Assembly (NCBI RefSeq): GCF_003428155.1
Contig: NZ_QLIR01000001.1
Location: 60,001-92,000 of the forward strand
Origin: Fastidiosibacter lacustris
GTDB lineage: Bacteria; Pseudomonadota; Gammaproteobacteria; Francisellales; Francisellaceae
Direction of reading: 5' to 3'
DNA: 32,000 bases
Shown here: one piece after another, positions 1 to 8,479 of the stretch
How positions within the stretch are numbered: position 1 is the stretch's first letter
Layout: each line of letters opens with the position of its first letter
Position numbers and translations under genes: made by a program
The notes under the pieces: model-generated
Databases searched by the model: none
What the model saw: only the letters and a program-made list of their open reading frames with translations
Told to the model about the DNA's origin: nothing

Positions 1-857
1 TTTATTGGCAAGATGATTCAAATCGACCTAATTATTCAAACAGCCAGCTTGCTCAAAGCCATAATCAAGATTTGAGGTTGTATGAAAGATTGATAGGTAA
101 AGCTGCAAATCAATTTTCATCAACAGAAGAGCTTGCCTCAAACACAACCATAAAAAAAGATAAATGGCAATCTGCAACCCAGTTGAGTATGCCATTAGAT
201 GAGTTAGATATCGACCATGAGATAGCTACAAAAGAAATACAAACAGTTCCACAGTTGCAACTAGAAGATAAAAAGTACCCATTAGGATTTGCTGTAGCAC
301 AAGTGCATGGCATTTTTATCTTATCCCAAACCGAAGATGGCTTAATTGTTGTTGACATGCACGCCGCACATGAGCGTGTATTATATGAAAAAGTAAAAGC
401 ATTATGGGCAAATAACAAGGTGGTTTCTCAGCAACTGCTGTTACCTATTACTTTTGAGTTAAGTACAATATTATTAGATGTTCTTCTTCAACATGAAAAA
501 ATGTTAAGTAAACTGGGGTTTGTGTATGCTCCTTTGGGTGAGAAAACGTTGGTGGTGCGTGAAATCCCTGTTTATTTAAAAAGTAGCCATATAGAGGACT
601 TATTGCTTAACATTGCCAAAAGTCTGGAGTTGAGTACCCAATCTAAAGAGATAGATGACTACATTAATCAAATTTTAGCTACGATGTCGTGTCATAAAGC
701 CGTGCGTGCAAATGATAATTTGACTTTGCAAGAAATGAATCATTTATTACGTGAGATGGAGCAAACTGCACGTGCGGATCAATGTAATCACGGTCGTCCT
801 ACGTGGGTTAAAGTAAGCGTTGCAGATTTAGATAAGCTTTTTATGCGTGGACAGTGA
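1..857 (+). CDS. mutL: DNA mismatch repair protein MutL, C-terminal part (5' end lies upstream of the window)
   Basis: The frame is open from nt 3 to the TGA at 855-857, so the listed start at 72 is only an internal TTG. The translation has MutL C-terminal domain hallmarks: QVHGIFILSQTEDGLIVVDMHAAHERVLYE and a near-terminal CNHGRPTW. Confidence 0.9.
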   Translation, partial: YWQDDSNRPNYSNSQLAQSHNQDLRLYERLIGKAANQFSSTEELASNTTIKKDKWQSATQLSMPLDELDIDHEIATKEIQTVPQLQLEDKKYPLGFAVAQVHGIFILSQTEDGLIVVDMHAAHERVLYEKVKALWANNKVVSQQLLLPITFELSTILLDVLLQHEKMLSKLGFVYAPLGEKTLVVREIPVYLKSSHIEDLLLNIAKSLELSTQSKEIDDYINQILATMSCHKAVRANDNLTLQEMNHLLREMEQTARADQCNHGRPTWVKVSVADLDKLFMRGQ

Positions 858-1147
858 TTTAGTTTTATTGAACGTAATCAAAATCTGAAAAATACGAGTG
901 ATATTTTGAAAAATAAGTGTGTGGGTAGAAAGTTTGAAATAGAATTTATGTAAAGACCAATTACATTATCGTGCACTAACTTGCTTTTTGAAAAAAGCGG
1001 CGTGATTATTTTAAGATTAAAGTACTCCTCAATATCAAAATCATTAAAAGTAAAAATAAAGAAAGAATTGGCAAGATTTTTGGGTAGTAAAAGCACTCAA
1101 AAAACTTGCTTTAAATCAAGATTCTTGAACAAATCTAGTTAAGGTGT

Positions 1148-1175
1148 TTGGTGATCGGATTAAATGGTGTATAAT
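1148..1175 (+). promoter_or_regulatory. Candidate sigma70 promoter for trhO (TTGGTG-N16-TATAAT)
   Basis: There is a perfect TATAAT at 1170-1175 and a TTGGTG at 1148-1153 with a 16-nt spacer, ~140 nt upstream of the trhO ATG in a 456-nt intergenic region. This is motif-only evidence in AT-rich DNA. Confidence 0.3.
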
Positions 1176-1313
1176 GCGTACACTTTTGCTGGTGTGATGC
1201 AAAATATTCACGCGCTATGTCCCTTTGCGAATGATTTTGTAGGTTTTATGCCAAAAAAATTTGTGATGGATACAGTTGCTTAGTTTTGAATAATTTGGAA
1301 ATGAAGAATAGCT

Positions 1314-2309
1314 ATGCCAAACTACGTTGTGTCTGCGATGTATAAATTTGTCGCATTAGATGATTTTGAAGAACTTAGAGAACCTTTGTTAAAGGTGATG
1401 GAAAACAACCTTGTACGTGGCACACTATTGCTTGCTAAAGAAGGTATTAATGGGACGATTGCTGGCACTAAAGAAGGTATTGAAGCCGTACTTACGTATT
1501 TGAAATCCGATCAGCGCTTAGCCGATATCTCATCTAAAGAGTCGTATGATGATCATATCCCATTTAACCATGCCAAAGTTAAACTTAAAAAAGAAATCGT
1601 GACTTTAGGTGTAGAGGGGCTTAATCCACGTAAAGTATGTGGTACTTATGTTAAACCAAAAGATTGGAATGCTCTTATTTCAGATCCTGATGTGTTAGTT
1701 ATTGATACTCGTAATGACTATGAGATTGGAATTGGTACATTTAAAAATGCAATTAATCCACATACAGAAACATTTCGTCAATTTCCTGAGTACGTTGAAA
1801 AAAATTTGGATAAAAATAAACACAAAAAAGTTGCAATGTTTTGCACAGGTGGTATTCGCTGTGAAAAATCAACTGCCTTTTTGAAAGAAAAAGGTTTTGA
1901 AGAGGTATACCATCTTGAGGGTGGAATCTTAAAATATTTAGAAGAAGTACCAAAAGAAGAAAGTATGTGGGAAGGCGAGTGTTTTGTTTTTGACTCACGT
2001 GTTGCCGTTAATCATGCTCTAGAAAAAGGTCAATATGATCAGTGTTATGCTTGTCGTAAGCCAATTACTGAAGAAGATAAGTTAAAACCTGAGTATGAGA
2101 AAGGCATCTCATGCCATCAATGTTATGCTCAGCATACTTCTAAGCAACGTAAGCGTTTTTTAGAGCGTGAAAAGCAAACTCAACTCGCCTATAAACGTGG
2201 TGAGACGCATCTTGGTGAAGACGCTAAGCAAGCGGCTATGTTTCGAAAGGAACAAAAACAGAAAAAACGTGACCATAATCGTCAAGTTAACTTGCAAGAA
2301 ACACAATAA
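1314..2309 (+). CDS. trhO: Rhodanese-domain tRNA uridine(34) hydroxylase TrhO (YceA/UPF0176 family)
   Basis: 331-aa ORF. It has the N-terminal YceA-type region ([16 protein letters not shown]...[16 protein letters not shown]), the rhodanese active-site loop [10 protein letters not shown] and a C-terminal Cys-rich tail (CYACRKP...CHQC). Confidence 0.85.
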   Translation: MPNYVVSAMYKFVALDDFEELREPLLKVMENNLVRGTLLLAKEGINGTIAGTKEGIEAVLTYLKSDQRLADISSKESYDDHIPFNHAKVKLKKEIVTLGVEGLNPRKVCGTYVKPKDWNALISDPDVLVIDTRNDYEIGIGTFKNAINPHTETFRQFPEYVEKNLDKNKHKKVAMFCTGGIRCEKSTAFLKEKGFEEVYHLEGGILKYLEEVPKEESMWEGECFVFDSRVAVNHALEKGQYDQCYACRKPITEEDKLKPEYEKGISCHQCYAQHTSKQRKRFLEREKQTQLAYKRGETHLGEDAKQAAMFRKEQKQKKRDHNRQVNLQETQ

Positions 2310-2459
2310 GTGAGGCAGGGTACTACGAGGAAAAGGCATAGATATATGTCGCATACGGTTTTGTGAAAGCTAGAGTGAAATTTTCTCTGCTTTACTCGAC
2401 TATCCAGTATTTTTAAAAGAATTTTTGGACTTTTTAAAACGTTGTGAAATGCGCTGAAT

Positions 2460-2537
2460 TGGTGGTCGCTACTGGACTCGAACCAGTGACCCCTACCATG
2501 TCAAGGTAGTACTCTAACCAAGCTGAGCTAAGCGACC
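2460..2537 (-). tRNA. tRNA-Val (anticodon GAC), CCA encoded
   Basis: The reverse complement folds by hand into a cloverleaf. Acceptor stem GGTCGCT/AGCGACC, D arm GCTC-AGCTTGGTTA-GAGT, anticodon arm CTACC-TTGACAT-GGTAG (anticodon GAC), variable loop GGGTC, T arm ACTGG-TTCGAGT-CCAGT, then ACCA. The 63-aa ORF at 2434..2625(-) is its shadow. Confidence 0.9.
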
Positions 2538-2548
2538 AATCACGGCTG

Positions 2549-2576
2549 ATTATAAATTTTTTAGCAAAAAGCACAA
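2549..2576 (-). promoter_or_regulatory. Candidate promoter of tRNA-Val (TTGTGC-N16-TATAAT on the minus strand)
   Basis: On the minus strand there is a perfect TATAAT (plus-strand 2549-2554) ending 11 nt before the mature tRNA 5' end. A TTGTGC lies at plus-strand 2571-2576 with a 16-nt spacer. Confidence 0.4.
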
Positions 2577-2662
2577 GGGGATTTAAGGTTTTTTTGTTAA
2601 AATCATCACGCAAATTAAATTCCATTTAAATTAAGATAAACAAACGCAGGACTAAAATCACC

Positions 2663-4339
2663 ATGTCTGAACAATATATTTACTCCATGCACCGAGTGGG
2701 CAAAGTTGTCCCACCTAATCGCTACATTTTAAAAGATATTTCACTATCGTTTTTTGATGGTGCAAAAATTGGCGTTTTAGGATTAAATGGCTCGGGGAAA
2801 TCAACCTTGCTTAGAATCATGGCTGGCTTGGATACTGAAATTGTTGGCGAAGCCGCTCCTCGAAAAGGTGTCAAAATTGGCTATCTACCACAGGAACCTA
2901 GGCTTGATCCTAAAAAAAATGTCAAAGGCAATGTTGAAGAAGCACTTGCTGACCTAAAAGCAATGCTGACACGTTTTGATGAAATCAGTATGAAGTTTTG
3001 CGAACCAATGTCTGATGATGAGATGAATAAGCTTTTAGTTGAACAAGGAGAATTACAAAATAAAATTGATGCCACAGGTGCTTGGGAAATTGAGCGAAAA
3101 CTTGAAATTGCTGCGGATGCTTTGCGTTTGCCTGAATGGGATGCGGATATCACTAAACTCTCTGGTGGTGAAGTGCGTCGCGTTGCACTTTGCAAACTTC
3201 TACTATCTTCACCTGACATATTACTGTTGGATGAGCCAACTAACCATTTAGATGCCGAAAGTGTGGCATGGCTTGAGCGGTTTTTGCAAGAGTATAAAGG
3301 AACCGTGGTTGCGATTACGCATGATCGTTACTTTTTAGATAACGTTGCTGAGTGGATTTTAGAGCTTGATCGTGGAGAAGGTATTCCATTTAAAGGTAAT
3401 TATTCAAGCTGGCTTGAACAAAAAGAAGCTCGCTTAGCTCAAGAAGATAAAAAACAAACCGCTCATAGAAAAGCATTGCAACAAGAACTTGAATGGGTAC
3501 GCCAAAATGCAAAAGGTCGTCAAGCTAAATCAAAGGCACGTTTAGCACGTTTTGAAGAATTAAGCTCACAAGAGTTCCAGGAGCTTAATGCCACACAAGA
3601 CTTATACATTCCACCTGGGCCACGTTTGGGCAACAAAGTCATCCATATCAATGAAATTAGCAAAGGTTTTGGGGATCGCTTATTAATAGATAAGCTTAAT
3701 TTTGAAGTTCCTGCGGGTTCAATTGTCGGGATTATTGGACCAAATGGTGCTGGGAAGTCTACTTTCTTTAAGATGATCGCAGATCTTGAAACCCCTGATC
3801 AAGGTAACGTAAGTTTTGGTGAAACCGTTGAGCTTGCTTATGTGAATCAATCGCGCGATGTGCTAGATGACAATAAGACTGTATGGGAAGAAATCTCTGA
3901 TGGTTTAGATATCATCACCGTTGGCAAATATACCATTCCATCACGCCAATATGTTGGTCGCTTTAACTTCAAAGGTTCCGATCAACAAAAATTTATTAAA
4001 GAGTTATCTGGTGGTGAGCGAAATCGCGTCCATTTAGCAAAACTCTTACGCAAAGGTGGGAACGTTATCCTATTGGATGAACCAACAAATGACCTTGACG
4101 TTGAAACTTTGCGTGCATTAGAAGAAGCAATTCTTGCCTTTCCTGGATGTGTGATGATTATATCACACGATAGATGGTTCTTAGACCGTGTAGCCACTCA
4201 TATCCTTGCTTTTGAAGGGGAGAGCCAGGTTGTTTGGTTTGAAGGCAACTATGGAGCCTATGTTGAAGATAAGAAAAAACGCTTAGGTGATGATTCAGTC
4301 GATCCACATCGTATCAAATACAAGAAACTCATAAGTTAA
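2663..4339 (+). CDS. ettA: Energy-dependent translational throttle protein EttA (ABC-F ATPase)
   Basis: 558 aa with no TM segments. It has two ABC cassettes: Walker A GLNGSGKST and GPNGAGKST, signatures LSGGEVRRV and LSGGERNRV, and Walker B LLLDEPTNHLD and ILLDEPTNDLD. The N-terminus MSEQYIYSMHRVGKVVPP is typical of EttA/YjjK. Confidence 0.92.
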   Translation: MSEQYIYSMHRVGKVVPPNRYILKDISLSFFDGAKIGVLGLNGSGKSTLLRIMAGLDTEIVGEAAPRKGVKIGYLPQEPRLDPKKNVKGNVEEALADLKAMLTRFDEISMKFCEPMSDDEMNKLLVEQGELQNKIDATGAWEIERKLEIAADALRLPEWDADITKLSGGEVRRVALCKLLLSSPDILLLDEPTNHLDAESVAWLERFLQEYKGTVVAITHDRYFLDNVAEWILELDRGEGIPFKGNYSSWLEQKEARLAQEDKKQTAHRKALQQELEWVRQNAKGRQAKSKARLARFEELSSQEFQELNATQDLYIPPGPRLGNKVIHINEISKGFGDRLLIDKLNFEVPAGSIVGIIGPNGAGKSTFFKMIADLETPDQGNVSFGETVELAYVNQSRDVLDDNKTVWEEISDGLDIITVGKYTIPSRQYVGRFNFKGSDQQKFIKELSGGERNRVHLAKLLRKGGNVILLDEPTNDLDVETLRALEEAILAFPGCVMIISHDRWFLDRVATHILAFEGESQVVWFEGNYGAYVEDKKKRLGDDSVDPHRIKYKKLIS

Positions 4340-5570
4340 TGTCTATTAACATTTGCTGTATTTTATCTAATCCAAGCTTAATTTCATCAAATCTTGGTCC
4401 AAAGCTTAGCCTTACATACTTTTTCAAACGCGTATTGATCATCTTACGCCTTTGCCCTGGATTGACATCAAAGAACTCACCCGGTACACAAATGACTTTG
4501 TATTGTAATAACGCTTTAAAGAATTTCATCCCATCTGCAAGTGTTTCTGGTAAGTTCTCAAGTGAGGCAAAGCAATAAAAACCGCCTTCTGGAATTCCAG
4601 GTAGCACAAAGCCCATTTCTTTTAAGCGCTGGATCATGTATTTACGTTTTTTATCAAATTCCTTTTGAATCGATTCTGCCTCTTGATCAGCATGATTTGG
4701 TTGTAAAAGAGGAATAATTGCTTTTTGAATAGAGTGTACCGCACCACCATCCAAAAATGAGCCAGCCGATGAAATTGCATCGATCACTTCTTTTGGCCCA
4801 AGGGTCCATGAAATTCTTAGACCAGGGTAGCGCCAATTTTTAGTTAAGCCATCTACAATCAGAACATTATCTTTATCAACGTCTTTTACATAGGATGCAG
4901 CACTTAGCGTTTTTTGTGACTGTTCATATAAATAATGCGAATAGAATTCATCAAAAATCATCGCACAACCGATTTTCTTAGCTGCATCGATCAATTGCTT
5001 GAGCTCATTACCTATAATGATCTGCCCTGTAGGATTACAAGGGTTTGATAAAAGCATTGCACCTAAGCCCATATTGACCATTAACCTTTCCATTTCGGCA
5101 ATATCTGGCTTAAAACCATTGGCTATTCTATAGGAGATGGGAATAGAAACAAATCCACCAAACACATTTAATAATTCTTCATAAGCCGTATAATCAGGTA
5201 AAAAATGTCCAAGGTTAATGTTATTCATTGTTGCTGCAATTCGACATAAAGCAGGACGCCCACCAGAGGAAATGGCAACGTTCTCATAAGTGTATTGTGA
5301 TTTTTTATCAAAACGATAACGATGATTATATAATTCTGCTACAGCTTTTCTTAACTCAACGTCGCCTGAAACAGGGCTATATTCTGAAGAATTTTGATCA
5401 AGTAAGATAGTTGTTAACCGTTTTGGGCTTGTTGGCATATTTCCGGTTTCAGGCGCCCCTTGCCCTAAATTTGCCCATTCTGGATTACCATAATAAAACC
5501 CATGTGCTTGGGCTTTAGACATAACATAAATAACGCCTGTTTTAGGAACACGCTTAAAACTATTTTCCAT
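4329..5570 (-). CDS. PLP-dependent aminotransferase, class I/II (substrate not assignable)
   Basis: 413 aa with fold-type-I motifs: NPCNPTG, a PLP-lysine context DGLTKNWRYPGLRISW, and LSFGPR near the C-terminus. Confidence 0.8.
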   Translation of the reverse strand: MENSFKRVPKTGVIYVMSKAQAHGFYYGNPEWANLGQGAPETGNMPTSPKRLTTILLDQNSSEYSPVSGDVELRKAVAELYNHRYRFDKKSQYTYENVAISSGGRPALCRIAATMNNINLGHFLPDYTAYEELLNVFGGFVSIPISYRIANGFKPDIAEMERLMVNMGLGAMLLSNPCNPTGQIIIGNELKQLIDAAKKIGCAMIFDEFYSHYLYEQSQKTLSAASYVKDVDKDNVLIVDGLTKNWRYPGLRISWTLGPKEVIDAISSAGSFLDGGAVHSIQKAIIPLLQPNHADQEAESIQKEFDKKRKYMIQRLKEMGFVLPGIPEGGFYCFASLENLPETLADGMKFFKALLQYKVICVPGEFFDVNPGQRRKMINTRLKKYVRLSFGPRFDEIKLGLDKIQQMLIDINL

Positions 5571-5671
5571 GTTTAAATACTAAGTTGACGCTGCTTAATT
5601 AATATGAACTAGTATATACTTACTAACGCCTTTGAACCAATAACTTAATTTTCATGACCTGTGGAATTTAT

Positions 5672-5699
5672 AAAAAAGCTTGCTATGCGTTGCAAGGCT
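5672..5699 (-). terminator. Candidate intrinsic terminator after the TauE/SafE gene
   Basis: On the minus strand the sequence reads AGCCTTGC-AACGCATA-GCAAGCT followed by a T run. The stem is 7 bp with one bulged base and the loop is 8 nt. It lies ~56 nt downstream of the stop at 5755. The stem is modest. Confidence 0.4.
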
Positions 5700-5754
5700 G
5701 TTGTTTATTTTTACTTAAAACCGCCAACACAGTAAGTCAATAGATATTATTTTT

Positions 5755-6513
5755 TTAGTTAAAGAATACTAATTTAATCATTAAACCAAGCAATACAAAT
5801 GTCACAATTTTCTTTAACCACTTGACATTGGCTTTTAATACGAACTGTGCTCCTAACAAATACCCCATTATTGCTGCGGGCAAAGCAATCATAACAATAC
5901 ACCAATCAATTGTGCCTATCGATAGAAAATAAATTAACGCCCCAATATTAGCAGATAAATTGACAATTTTGGCATTGGTGACTGACTCCTTGGCTGACAT
6001 TGATAAAAGATACATAAAACTTAAAAATAAGAAAGTTCCAGTGCCTGGACCAAAAAAACCATCATAAGCGCCCACAGTAAAACATACCAAAACTAAACGC
6101 ACATAAAATAAGGTTGTAGGTAGGTAGCTACTTTCAGCACGATAGTTTTTAAATGTTCCAATAATCAAAATTGTTGGGATAACAATTAAAAGAAGAATAG
6201 TCATCAATTGATAATTTACCAAGTGGCTGATAAGTTTAGCTCCAAGGAGTGAACCTAAAAACGCAAATAAAATGCCAAATATAATCGTTTTCCAATAGAT
6301 TTTAACTGAATAAATAAGGCGTATAACAGCCGATAAAGTGCCCATTGACATTACCATTTTGTTTGTCCCTAATACTAAGTGAGGAGGTACGCCTATACTC
6401 AAGTAAGTTGGAATCGTAATCATCCCGCCGCCACCTGCAATACAATCTACAAAGCCAGCAAAAAAAATCATGATAAAAACAAATGCACCGGATAAAAACG
6501 AAATATGCTCCAT
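5755..6513 (-). CDS. TauE/SafE (TSUP) family anion/sulfite exporter-like membrane protein
   Basis: 252 aa, hydrophobic throughout with about 7-8 predicted TM helices. It has a Gly-rich N-terminal helix (AGFVDCIAGGGGMITIP) and an internally duplicated architecture typical of the TSUP/DUF81 family. Confidence 0.75.
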   Translation of the reverse strand: MEHISFLSGAFVFIMIFFAGFVDCIAGGGGMITIPTYLSIGVPPHLVLGTNKMVMSMGTLSAVIRLIYSVKIYWKTIIFGILFAFLGSLLGAKLISHLVNYQLMTILLLIVIPTILIIGTFKNYRAESSYLPTTLFYVRLVLVCFTVGAYDGFFGPGTGTFLFLSFMYLLSMSAKESVTNAKIVNLSANIGALIYFLSIGTIDWCIVMIALPAAIMGYLLGAQFVLKANVKWLKKIVTFVLLGLMIKLVFFN

Positions 6514-6740
6514 TTCAGCTGCTTAAACAGTAAATATTAAAAGCTATAATGTACTTGTTATCGTTAGTCTAAGCTATTGTTTTTTAAGCTTGGACATAAA
6601 GAATTAATTAACGTTGAATGCTAATTTTCGTCGAATGGGTGTATATTTCCTCATCATAAGATTAAGTTATTAAAAGACGATAGCTAATAATCAGAGTTCG
6701 CTAACATGATGTGAAATGGCAATCTTTATTGTATGAGAAG

Positions 6741-6773
6741 TTGAAATTGATGATGAATCGAGGTTTGTGTAGG
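6741..6773 (+). repeat. Copy 1 of an imperfect 33-nt direct repeat (partner at 7004..7036)
   Basis: TTGAAATTGATGATGAATCGAGGTTTGTGTAGG versus TTGAGATTGATGATGGATCCAGCTTTGTACAGG gives 27/33 identical by hand alignment. Both copies translate to (V/I)EIDD(E/G)S(R/S)FV. Confidence 0.6.
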
Positions 6774-7003
6774 TAAAATTTATCAAGAAAGAGACTACCC
6801 AAGCGTTTCGGCTAATTGGTGAAACAAAAAAATTGATCAAGCGGCTTTGTGTTAGTGTTAATATAACGCCATGTTTACCTTTTTGAGGTCGAAGCTGGGA
6901 GGTAGAGATTGCATAGCATGAGGAAAAGCTTTAGTTTTTAATTTGGATAACAAAACTGGAAGCGCGCCTCATTCTATTATGCAAGACTATCCAGAACTTG
7001 TTA

Positions 7004-7036
7004 TTGAGATTGATGATGGATCCAGCTTTGTACAGG
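7004..7036 (+). repeat. Copy 2 of the imperfect 33-nt direct repeat (partner at 6741..6773)
   Basis: See copy 1. This copy lies inside a short open frame ending ...MQDYPELVIEIDDGSSFVQGEVDKK* (stop at 7055-7057). Confidence 0.6.
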
Positions 7037-7064
7037 GGGAAGTGGACAAAAAGTAATGATTATG

Positions 7065-7103
7065 AATTATGGTTTGTGCATGATTCATTCTAAATTTAAA
7101 ATT
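7065..7103 (+). repeat. Left copy of a 39-nt imperfect direct repeat bracketing the AlbA_2 gene
   Basis: AATTATGGTTTGTGCATGATTCATTCTAAATTTAAAATT matches the copy at 8480..8518 at 33/39 positions without gaps. It ends 32 nt before the ATG at 7136. Confidence 0.7.
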
Positions 7104-7135
7104 AGGCATTCAAAATTAAAGGAAGCTGAGTTGAT

Positions 7136-8458
7136 ATGAAATTACAGGAATCGCAGACACTGGAATTTAAAGAGATATGGAAGGATGAATATCTCAAAAC
7201 GATTTGTGCTTTTGCCAATACAGATGGCGGAATGCTTTATATTGGTGTCGATGATAATGCAACGATTGTGGGGATAAGTAAGGCTGCGGAGTTTACAGAG
7301 GTTTTGCCAAATAAAATAAACAGTAGGCTTGGACTTCTTGTCGATGTTGTAATTAAAGAAGCTGATGATAAACAGTATCTTGAAATTATGGTGCCCAAAA
7401 TATACGCTCCAGTTTCATATGGTGGCAAATTTTATCAAAGAAGTGGCGCCAATACTATTGAGTTAAATGGCGGTAACCTTACTAATTTTTTACTTAAAAA
7501 GTATGGAAAAACCTGGGATGATGTGGCTGTAGAAGGTTTTGGACTTGATGAGATAGATTTAAGCGCAATAGAGAAATTTAAAAGTTTAGCTAAAGATCGG
7601 ATTCCCCGTATTGATCAGGAAAAAGATGTTATACAGTTATTGTCCAAGTTGAATTTGCATGACGGTAAATTTTTCAAAAGAGCAGCTATCTTATTGTTTG
7701 CTAAAAATCCACAAAAATACTTTATACAATCGCATTCAAAAATAGGGCGTTTTTTGACTGAATCAGATATACAAACGAGTGATATTATTGAGGGTAACTT
7801 AATTGATCAGGTTGATAAAATTTTAGACGTGCTTAGAAGCAAATATTTAAAATCGTATATTTCTTATGAAGGGATTTATCGCCGAGAAAAGCTTCAATAT
7901 CCATATTCCGCTTTACGAGAAGCCATTATTAATGCATTAGTGCATCGTGATTATATGATCAGTGTGAATCTGCAAATTAGGGTGTATGATAACAAATTCG
8001 TTATATTTAACGGAGCAACGTTACCAGAAAATATGAACGTTTCCACATTAGCAAAACCACACCCATCCATGCCGCATAATCCAGTAATCGCCAATGTGTT
8101 TTATAAAGCAGGGTTAATTGAGAGTTGGGGAAAAGGTACGCTGGATATTATTCAAGCTTTTCATGACCATAAGTTACCTAAGCCTGACTTTGAATATGAT
8201 GGCTTATCAATAAAGGTGACCTTTTATTCCAATGCAGCAAGTGGCGGAGCAAGTGGCGGAGCAAGTGGCGGAGCAAGTGGCGGAGCAAATAAGCTATATG
8301 AATTTATTAGGCAGAACCCAGGTTTGAACTCAAAGCAAATGAGTGAAATATTGCATGTTGCGCTTCGTACACTGGAAAGACATCTTAAAACCTTAAAAGA
8401 GGCACATAAAGTTGAATTTAGAGGGGCATCAAAGACAGGTGGGTATTATGTTAAATAG
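7136..8458 (+). CDS. AlbA_2 (Schlafen-like 'divergent AAA') / HATPase_c_4-like / C-terminal winged-HTH protein, usually annotated 'putative transcriptional regulator / RecG-like'
   Basis: 440 aa. The N-terminus ESQTLEFKE...CAFANTDGGMLYIGVDD is the AlbA_2 signature. The central ALREAIINALVHRDY motif is typical of the RecG-C-terminal-like HATPase_c_4 region. A (ASGG)4 linker precedes a wHTH-like tail (LYEFIRQNPGLNSKQMSEILHVALRTLERHLKTLKE). An AAGGA RBS lies upstream of the ATG. Confidence 0.7.
   Translation: MKLQESQTLEFKEIWKDEYLKTICAFANTDGGMLYIGVDDNATIVGISKAAEFTEVLPNKINSRLGLLVDVVIKEADDKQYLEIMVPKIYAPVSYGGKFYQRSGANTIELNGGNLTNFLLKKYGKTWDDVAVEGFGLDEIDLSAIEKFKSLAKDRIPRIDQEKDVIQLLSKLNLHDGKFFKRAAILLFAKNPQKYFIQSHSKIGRFLTESDIQTSDIIEGNLIDQVDKILDVLRSKYLKSYISYEGIYRREKLQYPYSALREAIINALVHRDYMISVNLQIRVYDNKFVIFNGATLPENMNVSTLAKPHPSMPHNPVIANVFYKAGLIESWGKGTLDIIQAFHDHKLPKPDFEYDGLSIKVTFYSNAASGGASGGASGGASGGANKLYEFIRQNPGLNSKQMSEILHVALRTLERHLKTLKEAHKVEFRGASKTGGYYVK
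8237..8284 (+). repeat. Perfect 12-nt tandem repeat (GCAAGTGGCGGA)x4 inside the AlbA_2 gene, encoding (ASGG)4
   Basis: Four identical head-to-tail units occupy 8237-8248, 8249-8260, 8261-8272 and 8273-8284, followed by a partial unit GCAA. The unit length is a multiple of 3. Confidence 0.95.
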
Positions 8459-8479
8459 AAGGTTGAATTAAAAATTAAA

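Noticed and set aside
878-1096. 72-aa minus-strand ORF in the mutL-trhO intergenic region
   Set aside because: The translation is low-complexity, Phe/Ile/Asn/Lys-rich, as expected from AT-rich non-coding DNA. It has no RBS and no recognisable motif, so it is probably a chance ORF.
2434-2625. 63-aa minus-strand ORF
   Set aside because: It overlaps the tRNA-Val gene (2460..2537) on the same strand, and the tRNA cloverleaf explains the region.
7469-7477. ops/JUMPStart-like sequence GGCGGTAAC (a weaker GGGAGGTAG lies at 6897..6905)
   Set aside because: The ops core is GGCGGTAG. The first hit has a mismatch and lies inside the AlbA_2 coding sequence. The second is a poor match ~1.6 kb upstream of wbpA. 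No convincing RfaH-type element was found in the wbpA leader (8459..8549).
8237-8284. Possible CRISPR-like array, given the regularly spaced identical units
   Set aside because: The units are contiguous 12-mers with no spacers. They lie in frame inside a CDS and encode an (ASGG)n linker, so this is a coding tandem repeat and not CRISPR.
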